DNA from: an uncultured Akkermansia sp.
GTDB lineage: Bacteria; Verrucomicrobiota; Kiritimatiellia; RFP12; UBA1067
Assembly: GCA_964567125.1 (NCBI GenBank)
Contig: CAZMLC010000003.1
Span: 1-58,133, forward strand
Direction: 5' to 3'
Length of the DNA stretch: 58,133 nt
The notes under the pieces were generated by a model that had not been told where the DNA came from, ran no database searches, and saw only the letters and a list, made by a program, of their open reading frames with translations. Made by a program: the position numbers and the translations under genes. Shown here in pieces: positions 43,101 to 51,435 of this stretch (its first letter is position 1; each line of letters begins with the position of its first letter).

Positions 43101-44641
43101 CACACGCCTTTTTCGGTACGGGCGGAAGTACAGCGCTGCTCAACCGCGCCATCTGCCTCGATGGGATCACCTTCAACCGCACTGCGAACTTCACACTCGC
43201 CGGCAGCGGTACTGCGCTTGCGCTACGCGGCGGCGGCGTAACAGCCGCGCTGCCGACAGCAACATCGCGCACCTACACCATTGCGGGGAATATCACCTGC
43301 GTGGAGCCGCAATCCTGGGACATCGGCAGCAATCCCCCCGGACTTGCCACGGTGGAGATGACGGGCAGCATTTCCGATGGCGTGCTTCCTTGCGATTTGG
43401 TGAAGACCGGTGAAGGGACATTGACCCTCAAAGCCGCCAACAGCTACCAGGGACTTACCGTTGTGAGCAACGGACTGCTGGCGATAACCCATGCACAGGC
43501 GCTGGGAAGTGCGACAAATGGAACGATTGTGCGTTCCACGCACGGCGGTCAGCTGCAAGTGAGCGGCTCTATCACGGTCGCAGAACCACTCACGTTGAAC
43601 GGGGAAAAACCAATCAACGGATTTTCCATGGTGAGCAGCAGCGGTAGCAATGTCTGGAGCGGTCCGTTGATGCGCATCGGGCAGACGCGCATCAATACGG
43701 CAGCGGGTTCGACGTTTGTGATGAGCGGCGGTGTTACAGGAAGCGGCAATCTCTTTGTGGTGAATGCGGGCGGCACCTTCATCCTTGCGGAAAAACCCGC
43801 GGTAATCGGCACGACGGGATTCTGGACTGATTCGGGCGGACTTACGATCCTAGCGGTCAGCAACAATGTCTGGGGCGATACAATACTCGGTCGCGGCACG
43901 CTGCGCACCGATGTTCCCAATGCACTCCCTACGACTACGGTGCTTCGCTTCGGATTACCTTATGCGCCGGGCGGGACACTCGATCTCAACGGGAATGACC
44001 AGACAGTTGCCGCGCTGATTACCAACACTACGGTCGCAGGCGTGCGGACGGTGGTAAGCCTTAGGCCTGCAACATTGACGATCAATCAGAATTTAGCCGC
44101 GGCCGCTTTTGACGGCGCGTTTACAGGCATGGTTCGCCTCGTCAAGGCCGGGCCCGGGACATTGACGCTGACCGCGACGAATACGACGGCTTCGGGCGGG
44201 ATGGTCATCAGCAACGGGACACTCGTTGCGGCGAGCACAAACTGTTGCGGTCAGGGGCCTGTTGAGCTGTGTAACGGCACGTTGCACACGGCCCTGACGA
44301 ATGCGCAGCCACTCGCGCTGGATCGGTTGGTGTGGCACGGCGCAGGGCAGATCCGCACCGCACTCGCAGCGGATGGTTCGGCGTCGCGCCTTCAGATTGC
44401 CCGCACATTCACACGGGGCGAGGGTACGAACTTCGTCTTTGATTTCAGCGGCAGCGGTACGCCGAATCGTACGTATACCTTGCTCACATTCGCGTCCAGC
44501 GATTCCGCGGTTCAAGACTTCCGTTATCGCAATCTTGGCACAAACCGCTACGCCAATCTCTGCGGTGAATTCCAGCTCGCGGCGCAAACGCTGACATTGC
44601 GCACCTTCTTCCCTTCGGCTACGATCATGATGATTCGTTAA
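40142..44641 (+). CDS. Giant secreted protein C: CBM4/9-like module, right-handed beta-helix (pectate-lyase fold, DUF1565-like), FN3-like module, multiple PATR repeats
   Basis: LLNPGFDE... CBM-like start. VWYVAPDGSDSSSGSLAAPFQTVARAATQVTAGDTIALRAGTYRE (beta-helix cap motif). Parallel beta-helix coils (..ISVSGTSNSVQYCTVRDTAGSGIIVSGTGHRITRNHIF..). PATR units (LVKTGEGTLTLKAANSYQG, LVKAGPGTLTLTATN). The protein ends ...FFPSATIMMIR. Starts 56 nt after B. Confidence 0.85.
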   Translation: MTGRFHRVDVQRTLRRILFSIGFCGGGIAYCGPVEQLLNPGFDEAFTVVANTNSSGIIRGVFPTSWLDNSRYSGKHTDNLYVCEESDTVAGCAFRITAALQSGYSSGVNIELYQPFTAISQRIYTASVWLKCASNVTAQLVIRQKSSPYTVRAITNCALTAAWHAFRVTVSSVATETLAVSINLSNCATTLWVDQASCVVQDGGRVWYVAPDGSDSSSGSLAAPFQTVARAATQVTAGDTIALRAGTYRETLQLPCSGTRANPITVCAYTNERVIFSGCDVVAGPWAATSNAIYTAETDWSLGSGYNQVFVDGAMVHEARYPDFGSTDLLSPATAALTVSSNYTVAASAFDGLGDLTGARFYASVGSSWAWQNALIASNRIGTLFLNAASASTWWWPNYSNTSSDAGRGFVYGLLSLLDADGEWLVESNTVAPHTLHLRIAEGVDPAEHLIEMKRRNWCLDLNGQNFIVISNLAFTAGAVRLNGEDLVLTHCTAAHLSHFMVFSSGGAANGGRAEGSGISVSGTSNSVQYCTVRDTAGSGIIVSGTGHRITRNHIFNTDYSATYAVGLKLDGTFHTATFNTLHDTGRDIIQPTGKGCTVMFNECYAAGRLCKDLGAVYAWGTNAQATNGAITRIAYNWVHDSSANDPLGMGIYIDNYSRHFQIDHNVVWNFGDLATKTWSDGMRLNAPGDDLNVFHNTLFRCRNYNYGTFTPYLITNSTPDNTYWTTNTHHLFYIAQNNLYMTNAPTELENGEARDFRLKAASWAVDPLCATTTIAWVTTNGSINVPSNYHLAMRRKNQMFAFEEQAGQGVPVDLDRDGLAEPFVGPTPDSGAYERGGAYWIPGIWGWLPEQAGVRSEAPYTYVGDTVTAKAVLLSCGNAPATLFICWGEGADATAWANTVCLATALTNGFQSVFYNLSDLHPYTTYGYRFLTTNAYGATWSEPVTFTTGSGLTVNMVWNGGGGTNRMIDAVTNWTSASPLDFNGATHAFFGTGGSTALLNRAICLDGITFNRTANFTLAGSGTALALRGGGVTAALPTATSRTYTIAGNITCVEPQSWDIGSNPPGLATVEMTGSISDGVLPCDLVKTGEGTLTLKAANSYQGLTVVSNGLLAITHAQALGSATNGTIVRSTHGGQLQVSGSITVAEPLTLNGEKPINGFSMVSSSGSNVWSGPLMRIGQTRINTAAGSTFVMSGGVTGSGNLFVVNAGGTFILAEKPAVIGTTGFWTDSGGLTILAVSNNVWGDTILGRGTLRTDVPNALPTTTVLRFGLPYAPGGTLDLNGNDQTVAALITNTTVAGVRTVVSLRPATLTINQNLAAAAFDGAFTGMVRLVKAGPGTLTLTATNTTASGGMVISNGTLVAASTNCCGQGPVELCNGTLHTALTNAQPLALDRLVWHGAGQIRTALAADGSASRLQIARTFTRGEGTNFVFDFSGSGTPNRTYTLLTFASSDSAVQDFRYRNLGTNRYANLCGEFQLAAQTLTLRTFFPSATIMMIR

Positions 44642-44671
44642 CGACATACGGTCAGAAAAATCTGCGCGTAG

Positions 44672-44728
44672 CAAACCTAACCACCTACAACCTAAACCCC
44701 TAACCGCCTACCCCCTAAACGCCTACTC
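44672..44728. repeat. C-rich, G-poor (CCTAM-N3)x7 tract in a convergent intergenic region; candidate Rho utilisation (rut) site
   Basis: CCTA occurs at 44676, 44684, 44691, 44699, 44707, 44714 and 44722 (spacings 8,7,8,8,7,8). Only two G in about 60 nt of the plus strand. No hairpin terminator between the stops at 44641 (+) and 44729 (-). Confidence 0.55.
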
Positions 44729-45889
44729 TCACTTCGTGATGCCGAGGGCGAATTCAAGGGCGAGCAGGCTGTAGGAGGTGACGAGTACAGGGTCGTTCTC
44801 CCACCAGCGGTTATTCTCGTTGATCCAGGAGCCATCCTCTTTCTGAAGGCTGATCACCTTCTTGATGAGCGCTTCGCGCCAGGCGATGACCTTGCCGTCC
44901 GCGTGCGGGATCGTATCAACGCCGGTCGCGCTGAGGGCGCGCGTCAGGATGTTGTAATAAAAATAAACGCCCTGCTGGCCCTGACCGGGATTCTCATCGA
45001 GCGTCCAGTGCTTGGTGCAATAGTCAAAGGCTGAAATTACGCGCGGGTCCTGGCGCGTCAGCTTGGTTTGAATCATGGAGAGCAGGCCGACGTAGGTGAT
45101 CGAACCATAGGAGCGCAAAGGCGGACGACCGCCGCCCATGCCAGGACGTCCAACGCCGGCAGGCGGTTTGTTGGTCCCGCTCCGCATCCCTGCGGGCGGC
45201 GGACCGAAGGATTTCACGTAGAGGAAACCGCCTTGATCCTCGCCCGCCTTCTGCTGCATATTCTCAACGTATTTGATGGCGGCATCCCAGTTCAGGTCAG
45301 CCTTCCGCTCACTGGCCGGACGCAGATCTTCCAAACTCTGGGTGCGGCGCATGGCATCAATCGCCATGCCCGTATTGGTCATATCCGTATGGCGACGGCC
45401 CCCCTTATCGTAGCCAAAACCGCCAGCGTGAGTATCATCGCCGGTCAGCTGGGTTGACGCGATGTAGGTGCGGCCCTTCAGAATCGCGGGAACAACGTCT
45501 TTGCGCCCTGTAGCCTGGAGGCCCATGATGCAGATCGCGGTGTTGTAATTGCCGAGGCCGGCGCCTGGGCGGTCAGGATTGGACACATAAATACCGCCAT
45601 CGGGCTGAACTTTGCTGAGGATAAAGGCGACAGCCTTATCGGCGTTCGGGGCGTATTGCAGCTGGCCGGATGCGGAAAAGGCCCAGAGCGGCAGCGCGGT
45701 CATAGCCGGGTTTCTCTCGTCTGACCAGAAACCCTCCGCCGTTTGGTGCGCAGCGAGCCAAGCGAGTCCTTTGGCGAGTGCGGTCTGCGCCTCTTTCTGC
45801 AGCGCCTCAGAGAGGCCTGCGGCCTCGCCGGCGTGTAGCGTCATGGCGCCGAGGATCAGCGCGCTGATAGATCCGATCTTTTTGTTCAC
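44729..45889 (-). CDS. Periplasmic prenyltransferase/squalene-oxidase-repeat (alpha/alpha-toroid) protein
   Basis: Signal peptide MNKKIGSISALILGAMTLHA. WLAAHQTAEGFW, DGGIY, GGFGY, DGSW repeats typical of the terpene-cyclase/prenyltransferase-like fold. Carries a G/P/R-rich insert, PPAGMRSGTNKPPAGVGRPGMGGGRPP. Confidence 0.8.
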   Translation of the reverse strand: MNKKIGSISALILGAMTLHAGEAAGLSEALQKEAQTALAKGLAWLAAHQTAEGFWSDERNPAMTALPLWAFSASGQLQYAPNADKAVAFILSKVQPDGGIYVSNPDRPGAGLGNYNTAICIMGLQATGRKDVVPAILKGRTYIASTQLTGDDTHAGGFGYDKGGRRHTDMTNTGMAIDAMRRTQSLEDLRPASERKADLNWDAAIKYVENMQQKAGEDQGGFLYVKSFGPPPAGMRSGTNKPPAGVGRPGMGGGRPPLRSYGSITYVGLLSMIQTKLTRQDPRVISAFDYCTKHWTLDENPGQGQQGVYFYYNILTRALSATGVDTIPHADGKVIAWREALIKKVISLQKEDGSWINENNRWWENDPVLVTSYSLLALEFALGITK

Positions 45890-45962
45890 AGTGTAAACTC
45901 CTTTGCATGTGCTTCATTTCCGCGTAAATCGCTTCTTTCGTTTATTAAACGCACGAACGATT

Positions 45963-45992
45963 AAAAGGGTTCATCTTGGTGTGAACCTTTTT
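45963..45992. promoter_or_regulatory. Palindrome AAAAGGGTTCA-N8-TGAACCTTTTT in a divergent promoter region (candidate operator)
   Basis: Core GGTTCA (45968-45973) / TGAACC (45982-45987) with A/T extensions. Lies between the prenyltransferase-like gene (-) and the ABC ATPase (+), so it cannot be a terminator for either. Confidence 0.3.
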
Positions 45993-46067
45993 ACAGCGCG
46001 CAACGTTGAATACATTAAACACCAAGCAGACCAAGTCTGTACAACCCTTTTGAGCGGATGGGATGCA

Positions 46068-46811
46068 ATGACAACAGAAGAGATGATAGCGTTAGAGGTT
46101 CAGCGATTGAGCAAGCATTATGGCACAGAGGCCAACCGTGTGACGGTGCTGAACGACGTGAATATGGTTATCCGTCGCGGCGAATTTGATGCGGTGATGG
46201 GGTCGAGCGGTTCGGGCAAGAGCACGCTGCTGCACGTGCTGGCGGGGCTCATCAGCGCGGATGCCGGCGAAATCCGCGTGGGCGGCGTTTCGATCTCAGC
46301 CATGAGCGACAATGAGGTCACCTGTTTCCGGCGCCGCAGAATCGGGTTGATTTTCCAGGATTTCAACTTGATCCCCACGCTGACCGCGGAAGAAAACATT
46401 GTGCTGCCGTTGCTGCTGGATCGTCAGACCCCGAACCCGGATGAGATCAACGCCCTGCTGCAGAAATTGTCGCTGACGCACCGGCGCACACATATCCCGC
46501 AGAAACTGAGCGGCGGTGAACGGCAGCGCGTGGCGATTGCCCGTGCGCTGGTGACCAAGCCGGATATCGTTCTGGCGGACGAACCGACGGGCAATCTCGA
46601 TTCGCCCGCAGGACGCGCCTTTTGCGAACTGCTGCGCACCATGAACGAAGAGGACGGCTGCACGATCCTGATGGTCAGCCACGATCCGGTCGTCGCGGCG
46701 ACCGCCAAACGGGTGCATTTGCTGAAGGACGGGCATTTTGTGGATTGCTTCGAGACGCAGCACGATGCTGCGCAGGTGGCAAGCCGCTATCTGGAAACCA
46801 TGAAGTGCTAA
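46068..46811 (+). CDS. ABC transporter ATP-binding protein, MacB/LolD/YbbA type
   Basis: True start [19 protein letters not shown]. Walker [11 protein letters not shown]-loop [16 protein letters not shown], signature [15 protein letters not shown], Walker [13 protein letters not shown]. The ORF-track start 45903 adds 55 non-homologous residues. Confidence 0.9.
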   Translation: MTTEEMIALEVQRLSKHYGTEANRVTVLNDVNMVIRRGEFDAVMGSSGSGKSTLLHVLAGLISADAGEIRVGGVSISAMSDNEVTCFRRRRIGLIFQDFNLIPTLTAEENIVLPLLLDRQTPNPDEINALLQKLSLTHRRTHIPQKLSGGERQRVAIARALVTKPDIVLADEPTGNLDSPAGRAFCELLRTMNEEDGCTILMVSHDPVVAATAKRVHLLKDGHFVDCFETQHDAAQVASRYLETMKC

Positions 46812-46882
46812 AGAAACCGTGACCGACGGTGTTGCGGGTCGGTTCAGCCCGCGGCAAGTCGATCGCTGTCCACAAGGATTTA

Positions 46883-49774
46883 ATGCGTATGATCGTTCAC
46901 TTGGTTTTAAAGAGTTTTAAGCACGAAAAAGTGCGCTTATCCATGGCTGCGCTGGGTATTGCCGCAGCAACGGGACTGGTGGTCTGGTCGCTGGGGCTTG
47001 CCATGACCTCCGCAGGGCAGAGCCGGGAAAAGGTCCGTCGCATGACAGAGCCTTACTCCTGCTGGGTCTCCACAGGCGGCGTAGGGCTGCGCATCGACCG
47101 GCAGGCCATGATGCGGCGGCCAGGGCGTTCGCCCTTCGCGCAACCGACGCAGGTCTTGTCGCCGGAGCTGGTTTCCGCTGTGCAGGCTCTGCCCTCTGTT
47201 CACGCGGTAACACCCTACAAGACCATCCGCACCGTGCTGGATTTCCGCCCCGGCGGCCGCGTTTTGCAGGGCCCGCCGCTGATGGCCGTCCTGACGCTGG
47301 CGTCAACGTCGGGATGCCCCTACGCCACGGCGAAAATCACGGGACGCTGGCCGGACCCGGCGAGCGACGCGCTGGAGGCCGCGGTCTGTACCGCCGTCTT
47401 TACGCCGCGCCGTCTGGAGGCGCCGCCGCTGGGCTCTTCGCTGGTACTGATTACGCCGTCGGGCACTGTGACTGTGAAAATTACGGCGCTGATTGACTTT
47501 AAAGAGGCGGTCCAGGGTTTCCCGACTGCGTTTGTGACAGTAGGCGCGATGCGCGCGGCAGCAGGCGGAACCTACGATCCCCAGCCGAATCTGCTGCTCT
47601 GCCAGGTCAACGATAAGGCGGACGGCGAAGCGGTGAAAGCCGTTGTTGAAAAATTATCGCCCACAGAGGAAACACCTCTCGTGCCGGGCGGGACAGAGCC
47701 GCCGACGAAGATCTATACCGCTATGGAGCGCAAAGACGTTGAAGCGGGATATAGCAGCGATAAGCTACAGAATTTTAAACGGCAGGCACCGCTCTTGCTG
47801 ACGCTCTCCGTATTGACCGCGCTCTGCATGCTGATCAACGCGCTGACCATTGGTGTTGAACAGAAAATGCGCATGCTCGCGCTGTTGCGCGCAGCAGGGA
47901 TGACAGCCAGGCAGGTGGCGCACGTGGTGATGCTGGAAGGCGCGATCATCGCCTTCTGTGGCTGGCTGATCGGCCTGTTCGCCGGATGGGGTGTGCTGAC
48001 CGCCTTTGTGAAGCGGACACCCGAGACCTTCCCCGAGGGCGTTTTTATCGGTTGGGAGACGCCGCTCTGCTCGTTGATCGGCGTGCTGGTGATCACGGCG
48101 ATCAGTCTGTATTGGCCCTGCCGCCGCGCCATGCGCATCCGACCTCTGGACGCGCTGACGGAACCGTCGCACGAAGAAAAGGCGCTCTCGTGGAAGCGCG
48201 CGCTGTTCGGTTTTGTACTGCTCTTCCCCATGCTGATCTTTGTGCTGCCGCTGCATATCTCGGCTATGACGCGTAGCGTTTTGCTCCTCACCCTGGGGCT
48301 GCCACTGCACGTGATCGGCCTGCTGCTGGTGCTGCCGTTCTTTGTGCAGCTCATGGAGCGGAGCATCTCGCCGTTGGTGAGCGCGCTGCTGGGGCTCGAC
48401 CCGCATCTGCTGCGGCGTCGGATCAGCGCCCATTTTTCGCGCACAGCGGGAATGGTGATTACGCTCGGCATCGGCCTGGGCGCGTTTGCGTCGATCCATA
48501 TCTGGGGCGGCTCCATGATGGCACCCTTTATTCCCAGCCACGAATTTCCGGATGCGATTGTCTCCCTGTTGCCGAACGGCGTACCGCGCGATGCCGCGCA
48601 GAAGGTTGCCAAGCTGGAGGGCGTGGAGGACAGACGCTGTCTCAGCCTCGAAGCGGCGCAGCTGTATATTGCCGATTCGCTCACGGCACAGGTGGTGCGC
48701 GTTTCCGGGCGGATGCCCATGAGTCCCAACGTGCTCGTAATGGGCACGGATCCGCAGATCGCGCTGGGAGGCGATCATCCGCTGGCGCCCTTCCGTTTTG
48801 TGGAAGGCGAACGGAAGCAGGCTGCGGATGCGCTGGCAACGGGCGGCACATGCGTCATCACCACGATGTTCTCGCGTGAGACCGGGCTGCATGCTGGCGA
48901 TACACTGGCCCTGGTGAAGCGCCCTGTTCTGCGGGGCGGACGCGGCGGTCCTGGAATGCGCAGCGGCGGGCGTGGTGGTCCCGGCGTTGGACGCCCAGAC
49001 AACACTCGGCCCAATACGGCGCCGCAGATCGAGACGCTGAAGATTGTCGGCGTTGTGGATGTGAACTGGCACCTGATCACCTCACGCGCGCAGCTGCGCG
49101 GTCGAAATAACATGTCGGGCAGTACCATGGGGCCGGTCTTCGTCGACGAAAATGAAGCGCGGCGGCTCAGCGGAAACGCGGAGACCACCTATTTTCTTTG
49201 GGTGAATCTGAGTGAGAGTTATCGCAAGATGGGCGCCTTACAGGGCAGTCAGCTGCTGGAAGCCGAAATCCGCAAAGCCATTGCGATCGATGAAGCAAAT
49301 ACCGTGCGCGTGCACCACCGCGATGAAATTGAAGATGGCACCATCGCGCATGGCAATCAGTTGATCGGCGATATGGCGCGCGCGCCTTTCTGGTCGCTGA
49401 TCGTTCTTTCAACCGGCATCATCACGCTGCTGATCGCCTCGTTCCAGGCCTCGGCGAAGGAGATCGCCGTGATGCGCGCAGTGGGCATGACGCGCAGTCA
49501 GCTCGGCCGCATGCTGTTCGGCGAGGCGATCCTGGTGGGCGTCTGCGGCATTGTCCTAAGCCTTATCTCCGGGTTCTGCATCGGCTGGACGTTTACGGGA
49601 TGGACACGCGCATGGATGATGTTCGGCGGCCTGCCGATCTCGCTGAGCATTCCGTGGCTGACGATTCTGCAGGGCGTCGGGTTTGCCTTCCTGCTCTGCG
49701 CGGTCATGGCGATGCTGCCGATCCTCTGGCTCGTGCGCAAACAGGATGAGAGCGGCGGTCTTTCCGTGATGTAA
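46883..49774 (+). CDS. Double-FtsX-domain ABC permease (YbbP-like, about 960 aa) with a G/R/P-rich insert in the second extracytoplasmic domain
   Basis: Start MRMIVHLVLKSFKHEKVRLSMAALGIAAATGLVV (typical FtsX N-terminus). Two MacB-like periplasmic domains, each followed by a 3-TM FtsX module (..LRAAGMTARQV.., ..MRAVGMTRSQL..). Insert LRGGRGGPGMRSGGRGGPGVGRPDNTRPNTAPQ at 48929-49027. Confidence 0.85.
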   Translation: MRMIVHLVLKSFKHEKVRLSMAALGIAAATGLVVWSLGLAMTSAGQSREKVRRMTEPYSCWVSTGGVGLRIDRQAMMRRPGRSPFAQPTQVLSPELVSAVQALPSVHAVTPYKTIRTVLDFRPGGRVLQGPPLMAVLTLASTSGCPYATAKITGRWPDPASDALEAAVCTAVFTPRRLEAPPLGSSLVLITPSGTVTVKITALIDFKEAVQGFPTAFVTVGAMRAAAGGTYDPQPNLLLCQVNDKADGEAVKAVVEKLSPTEETPLVPGGTEPPTKIYTAMERKDVEAGYSSDKLQNFKRQAPLLLTLSVLTALCMLINALTIGVEQKMRMLALLRAAGMTARQVAHVVMLEGAIIAFCGWLIGLFAGWGVLTAFVKRTPETFPEGVFIGWETPLCSLIGVLVITAISLYWPCRRAMRIRPLDALTEPSHEEKALSWKRALFGFVLLFPMLIFVLPLHISAMTRSVLLLTLGLPLHVIGLLLVLPFFVQLMERSISPLVSALLGLDPHLLRRRISAHFSRTAGMVITLGIGLGAFASIHIWGGSMMAPFIPSHEFPDAIVSLLPNGVPRDAAQKVAKLEGVEDRRCLSLEAAQLYIADSLTAQVVRVSGRMPMSPNVLVMGTDPQIALGGDHPLAPFRFVEGERKQAADALATGGTCVITTMFSRETGLHAGDTLALVKRPVLRGGRGGPGMRSGGRGGPGVGRPDNTRPNTAPQIETLKIVGVVDVNWHLITSRAQLRGRNNMSGSTMGPVFVDENEARRLSGNAETTYFLWVNLSESYRKMGALQGSQLLEAEIRKAIAIDEANTVRVHHRDEIEDGTIAHGNQLIGDMARAPFWSLIVLSTGIITLLIASFQASAKEIAVMRAVGMTRSQLGRMLFGEAILVGVCGIVLSLISGFCIGWTFTGWTRAWMMFGGLPISLSIPWLTILQGVGFAFLLCAVMAMLPILWLVRKQDESGGLSVM

Positions 49775-49787
49775 CGCGTCAGAGAAA

Positions 49788-51422
49788 TCAATCCGTGAGC
49801 GCCAGTTCCAGCCACGTAATTGCGAGCGGGTTTGCGGTCGGGTTCATGATGGTGATCCGATTGCTGCCGCTCTGCAGCGCGGCAAGAGGAACATCAAACG
49901 CCAAGACACGCGCACCGGTCTCGGCCACATTTTTGACCACGTGCCAGACGCGCGTGTTATTATAGGTGTAGTTCCGGTCGCGCGGAAGATCGCGGCTCCA
50001 ACGGCACGGTTGCGCGTTGACACTGACAGCCAGTTCAGCCGCGGCTACAGTCGGGCAGGCGTCCAGCGCGACGTGCAGCGTGCAATGGCCGTTTGCGGGA
50101 CGCGGCCCTATGGGCAGGTCGAAGGACAGCGTCTGTTGCGCAGCGAGGCTGCGCGGTAACGTCGGCTCAGGAGTAAGGCTCGGCGAGGTAAACGTCAGCA
50201 CATGGGTGCGCGGTCCGTTGATGGCGGTTGCGAGGCTGCCGAGTTCACTCAAAGCGCGCGTACGGTCATTGCTGGTGGTCACGGAGCCATCCGGCTGGAC
50301 TGTCTGCGTCTTGTACGGAATCATGAAGTTGTTGAAGATATAGATCGCGTCGGCACCGCGGTGGAAGGACGAGACAGCGAAGCCGCGCATCGTTTCGATG
50401 GAGTTGTTCATCTGCTTGATGGTCTTGTTCTGCGCCAGACTGATCGCGGCATCGGCTCCCGGAACGATCAGGCAGGGCGAGGCGCCGAGTTCGGCTTTCC
50501 AGCGTTCAACAGGAATGTCGAAATTCGTCGGCGTAAACCAGTTCGAGAGCACGATCATATCCGTGAGGTCCTCTTTGGCCCAGGTCAGGGCGTCAAGTCC
50601 GAAGCGGCGACCGATCTCCGAAGTGACGGGCACGCGCACCGCGAGATGAATCGCATGGCCGCGCACCTGCGCTTTCGCGGCTGTCATCGCGCGGATCTCG
50701 CGCATGAACTGGTTGATCAGCAGGGTTCCTGCCGCAACTTCGTTGTCCGGAAAGAGCGTCTGCGTGCGCATCCAGTCGAGTTCAATGCCGTCGACATCGT
50801 AGGTGTCCAGAATTTCCTGAATAAAGGCCTTGTAGTAATTCCGCACCTCCTGCTTGCTGTAGTTGAAGAGGCCCTTGGGCGGCCGGGTGCGCAGCTCGGG
50901 ATGGTCGAGCCAGAGGCGATTGATGCGCGCCGGTTTGTCAAAATAGTGATGGTCGTTCATCCGCACAGAGATCCAGGGCGCGATCTGATTCGTGCGGCAA
51001 CGCGCAATGCAGACCGCAAACGGATCGATGTTTTTCTTCTTGGTCTCCCAGAACATACGCGGCCATTCGGTAATCTCCTTTTCGGGATCGGGAAGATTCC
51101 AGTACGACTCCATCACCGCGCTGTCAAAGCAGGCGCGCTGGTAGTTGATGTTCAGGAAGAGCGCCTTGACCTGGCTGCCTTTGTAGGTATCCACGTAGGC
51201 ATTGAGCGCGTCGATAATCTCCGCACGGCTGCTGAGCCGCAGCGCCTCTTCACGGCTCATCCCTTTAGCCTGCTTGGCGAGCTTAGGCTCGATCAGAATC
51301 GCATCCGCGGAGAGGTTGAGGTAAATGCCGCCTGGTTCCAGTTTGGCAGTGGGCTGAACGGTTTGACATCCTGTGTATCCCAACATCAGTGCGGCGACGA
51401 GGCCTGCGAAGCGTGTGTGCAT
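49788..51422 (-). CDS. Lipoprotein with a glycoside-hydrolase-like TIM barrel plus a C-terminal beta-sandwich (family not assigned)
   Basis: Start MHTRFAGLVAALMLGYTGC (lipobox). The ...YDVDGIELDWMR... block is typical of GH-like (GHL/DUF4015-type) barrels. The ORF-track start 51452 falls inside the upstream terminator hairpin. Confidence 0.7.
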   Translation of the reverse strand: MHTRFAGLVAALMLGYTGCQTVQPTAKLEPGGIYLNLSADAILIEPKLAKQAKGMSREEALRLSSRAEIIDALNAYVDTYKGSQVKALFLNINYQRACFDSAVMESYWNLPDPEKEITEWPRMFWETKKKNIDPFAVCIARCRTNQIAPWISVRMNDHHYFDKPARINRLWLDHPELRTRPPKGLFNYSKQEVRNYYKAFIQEILDTYDVDGIELDWMRTQTLFPDNEVAAGTLLINQFMREIRAMTAAKAQVRGHAIHLAVRVPVTSEIGRRFGLDALTWAKEDLTDMIVLSNWFTPTNFDIPVERWKAELGASPCLIVPGADAAISLAQNKTIKQMNNSIETMRGFAVSSFHRGADAIYIFNNFMIPYKTQTVQPDGSVTTSNDRTRALSELGSLATAINGPRTHVLTFTSPSLTPEPTLPRSLAAQQTLSFDLPIGPRPANGHCTLHVALDACPTVAAAELAVSVNAQPCRWSRDLPRDRNYTYNNTRVWHVVKNVAETGARVLAFDVPLAALQSGSNRITIMNPTANPLAITWLELALTD

Positions 51423-51435
51423 GATTCCTATCCTC

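Noticed and set aside
44672-44728. The periodic CCTA(A/C) tract, considered as a CRISPR array or a mobile-element end.
   Set aside because: The units are only 7-8 nt with no spacers, and there are no cas genes, inverted repeats or target-site duplications. It is better explained as a C-rich rut-like or G4-prone 3' region.
45963-45992. The hairpin AAAAGGGTTCA-N8-TGAACCTTTTT, considered as an intrinsic terminator.
   Set aside because: It lies between the start codons of two divergent genes, so there is nothing upstream to terminate. The stem is AT-rich and weak. I kept it only as a low-confidence operator candidate.
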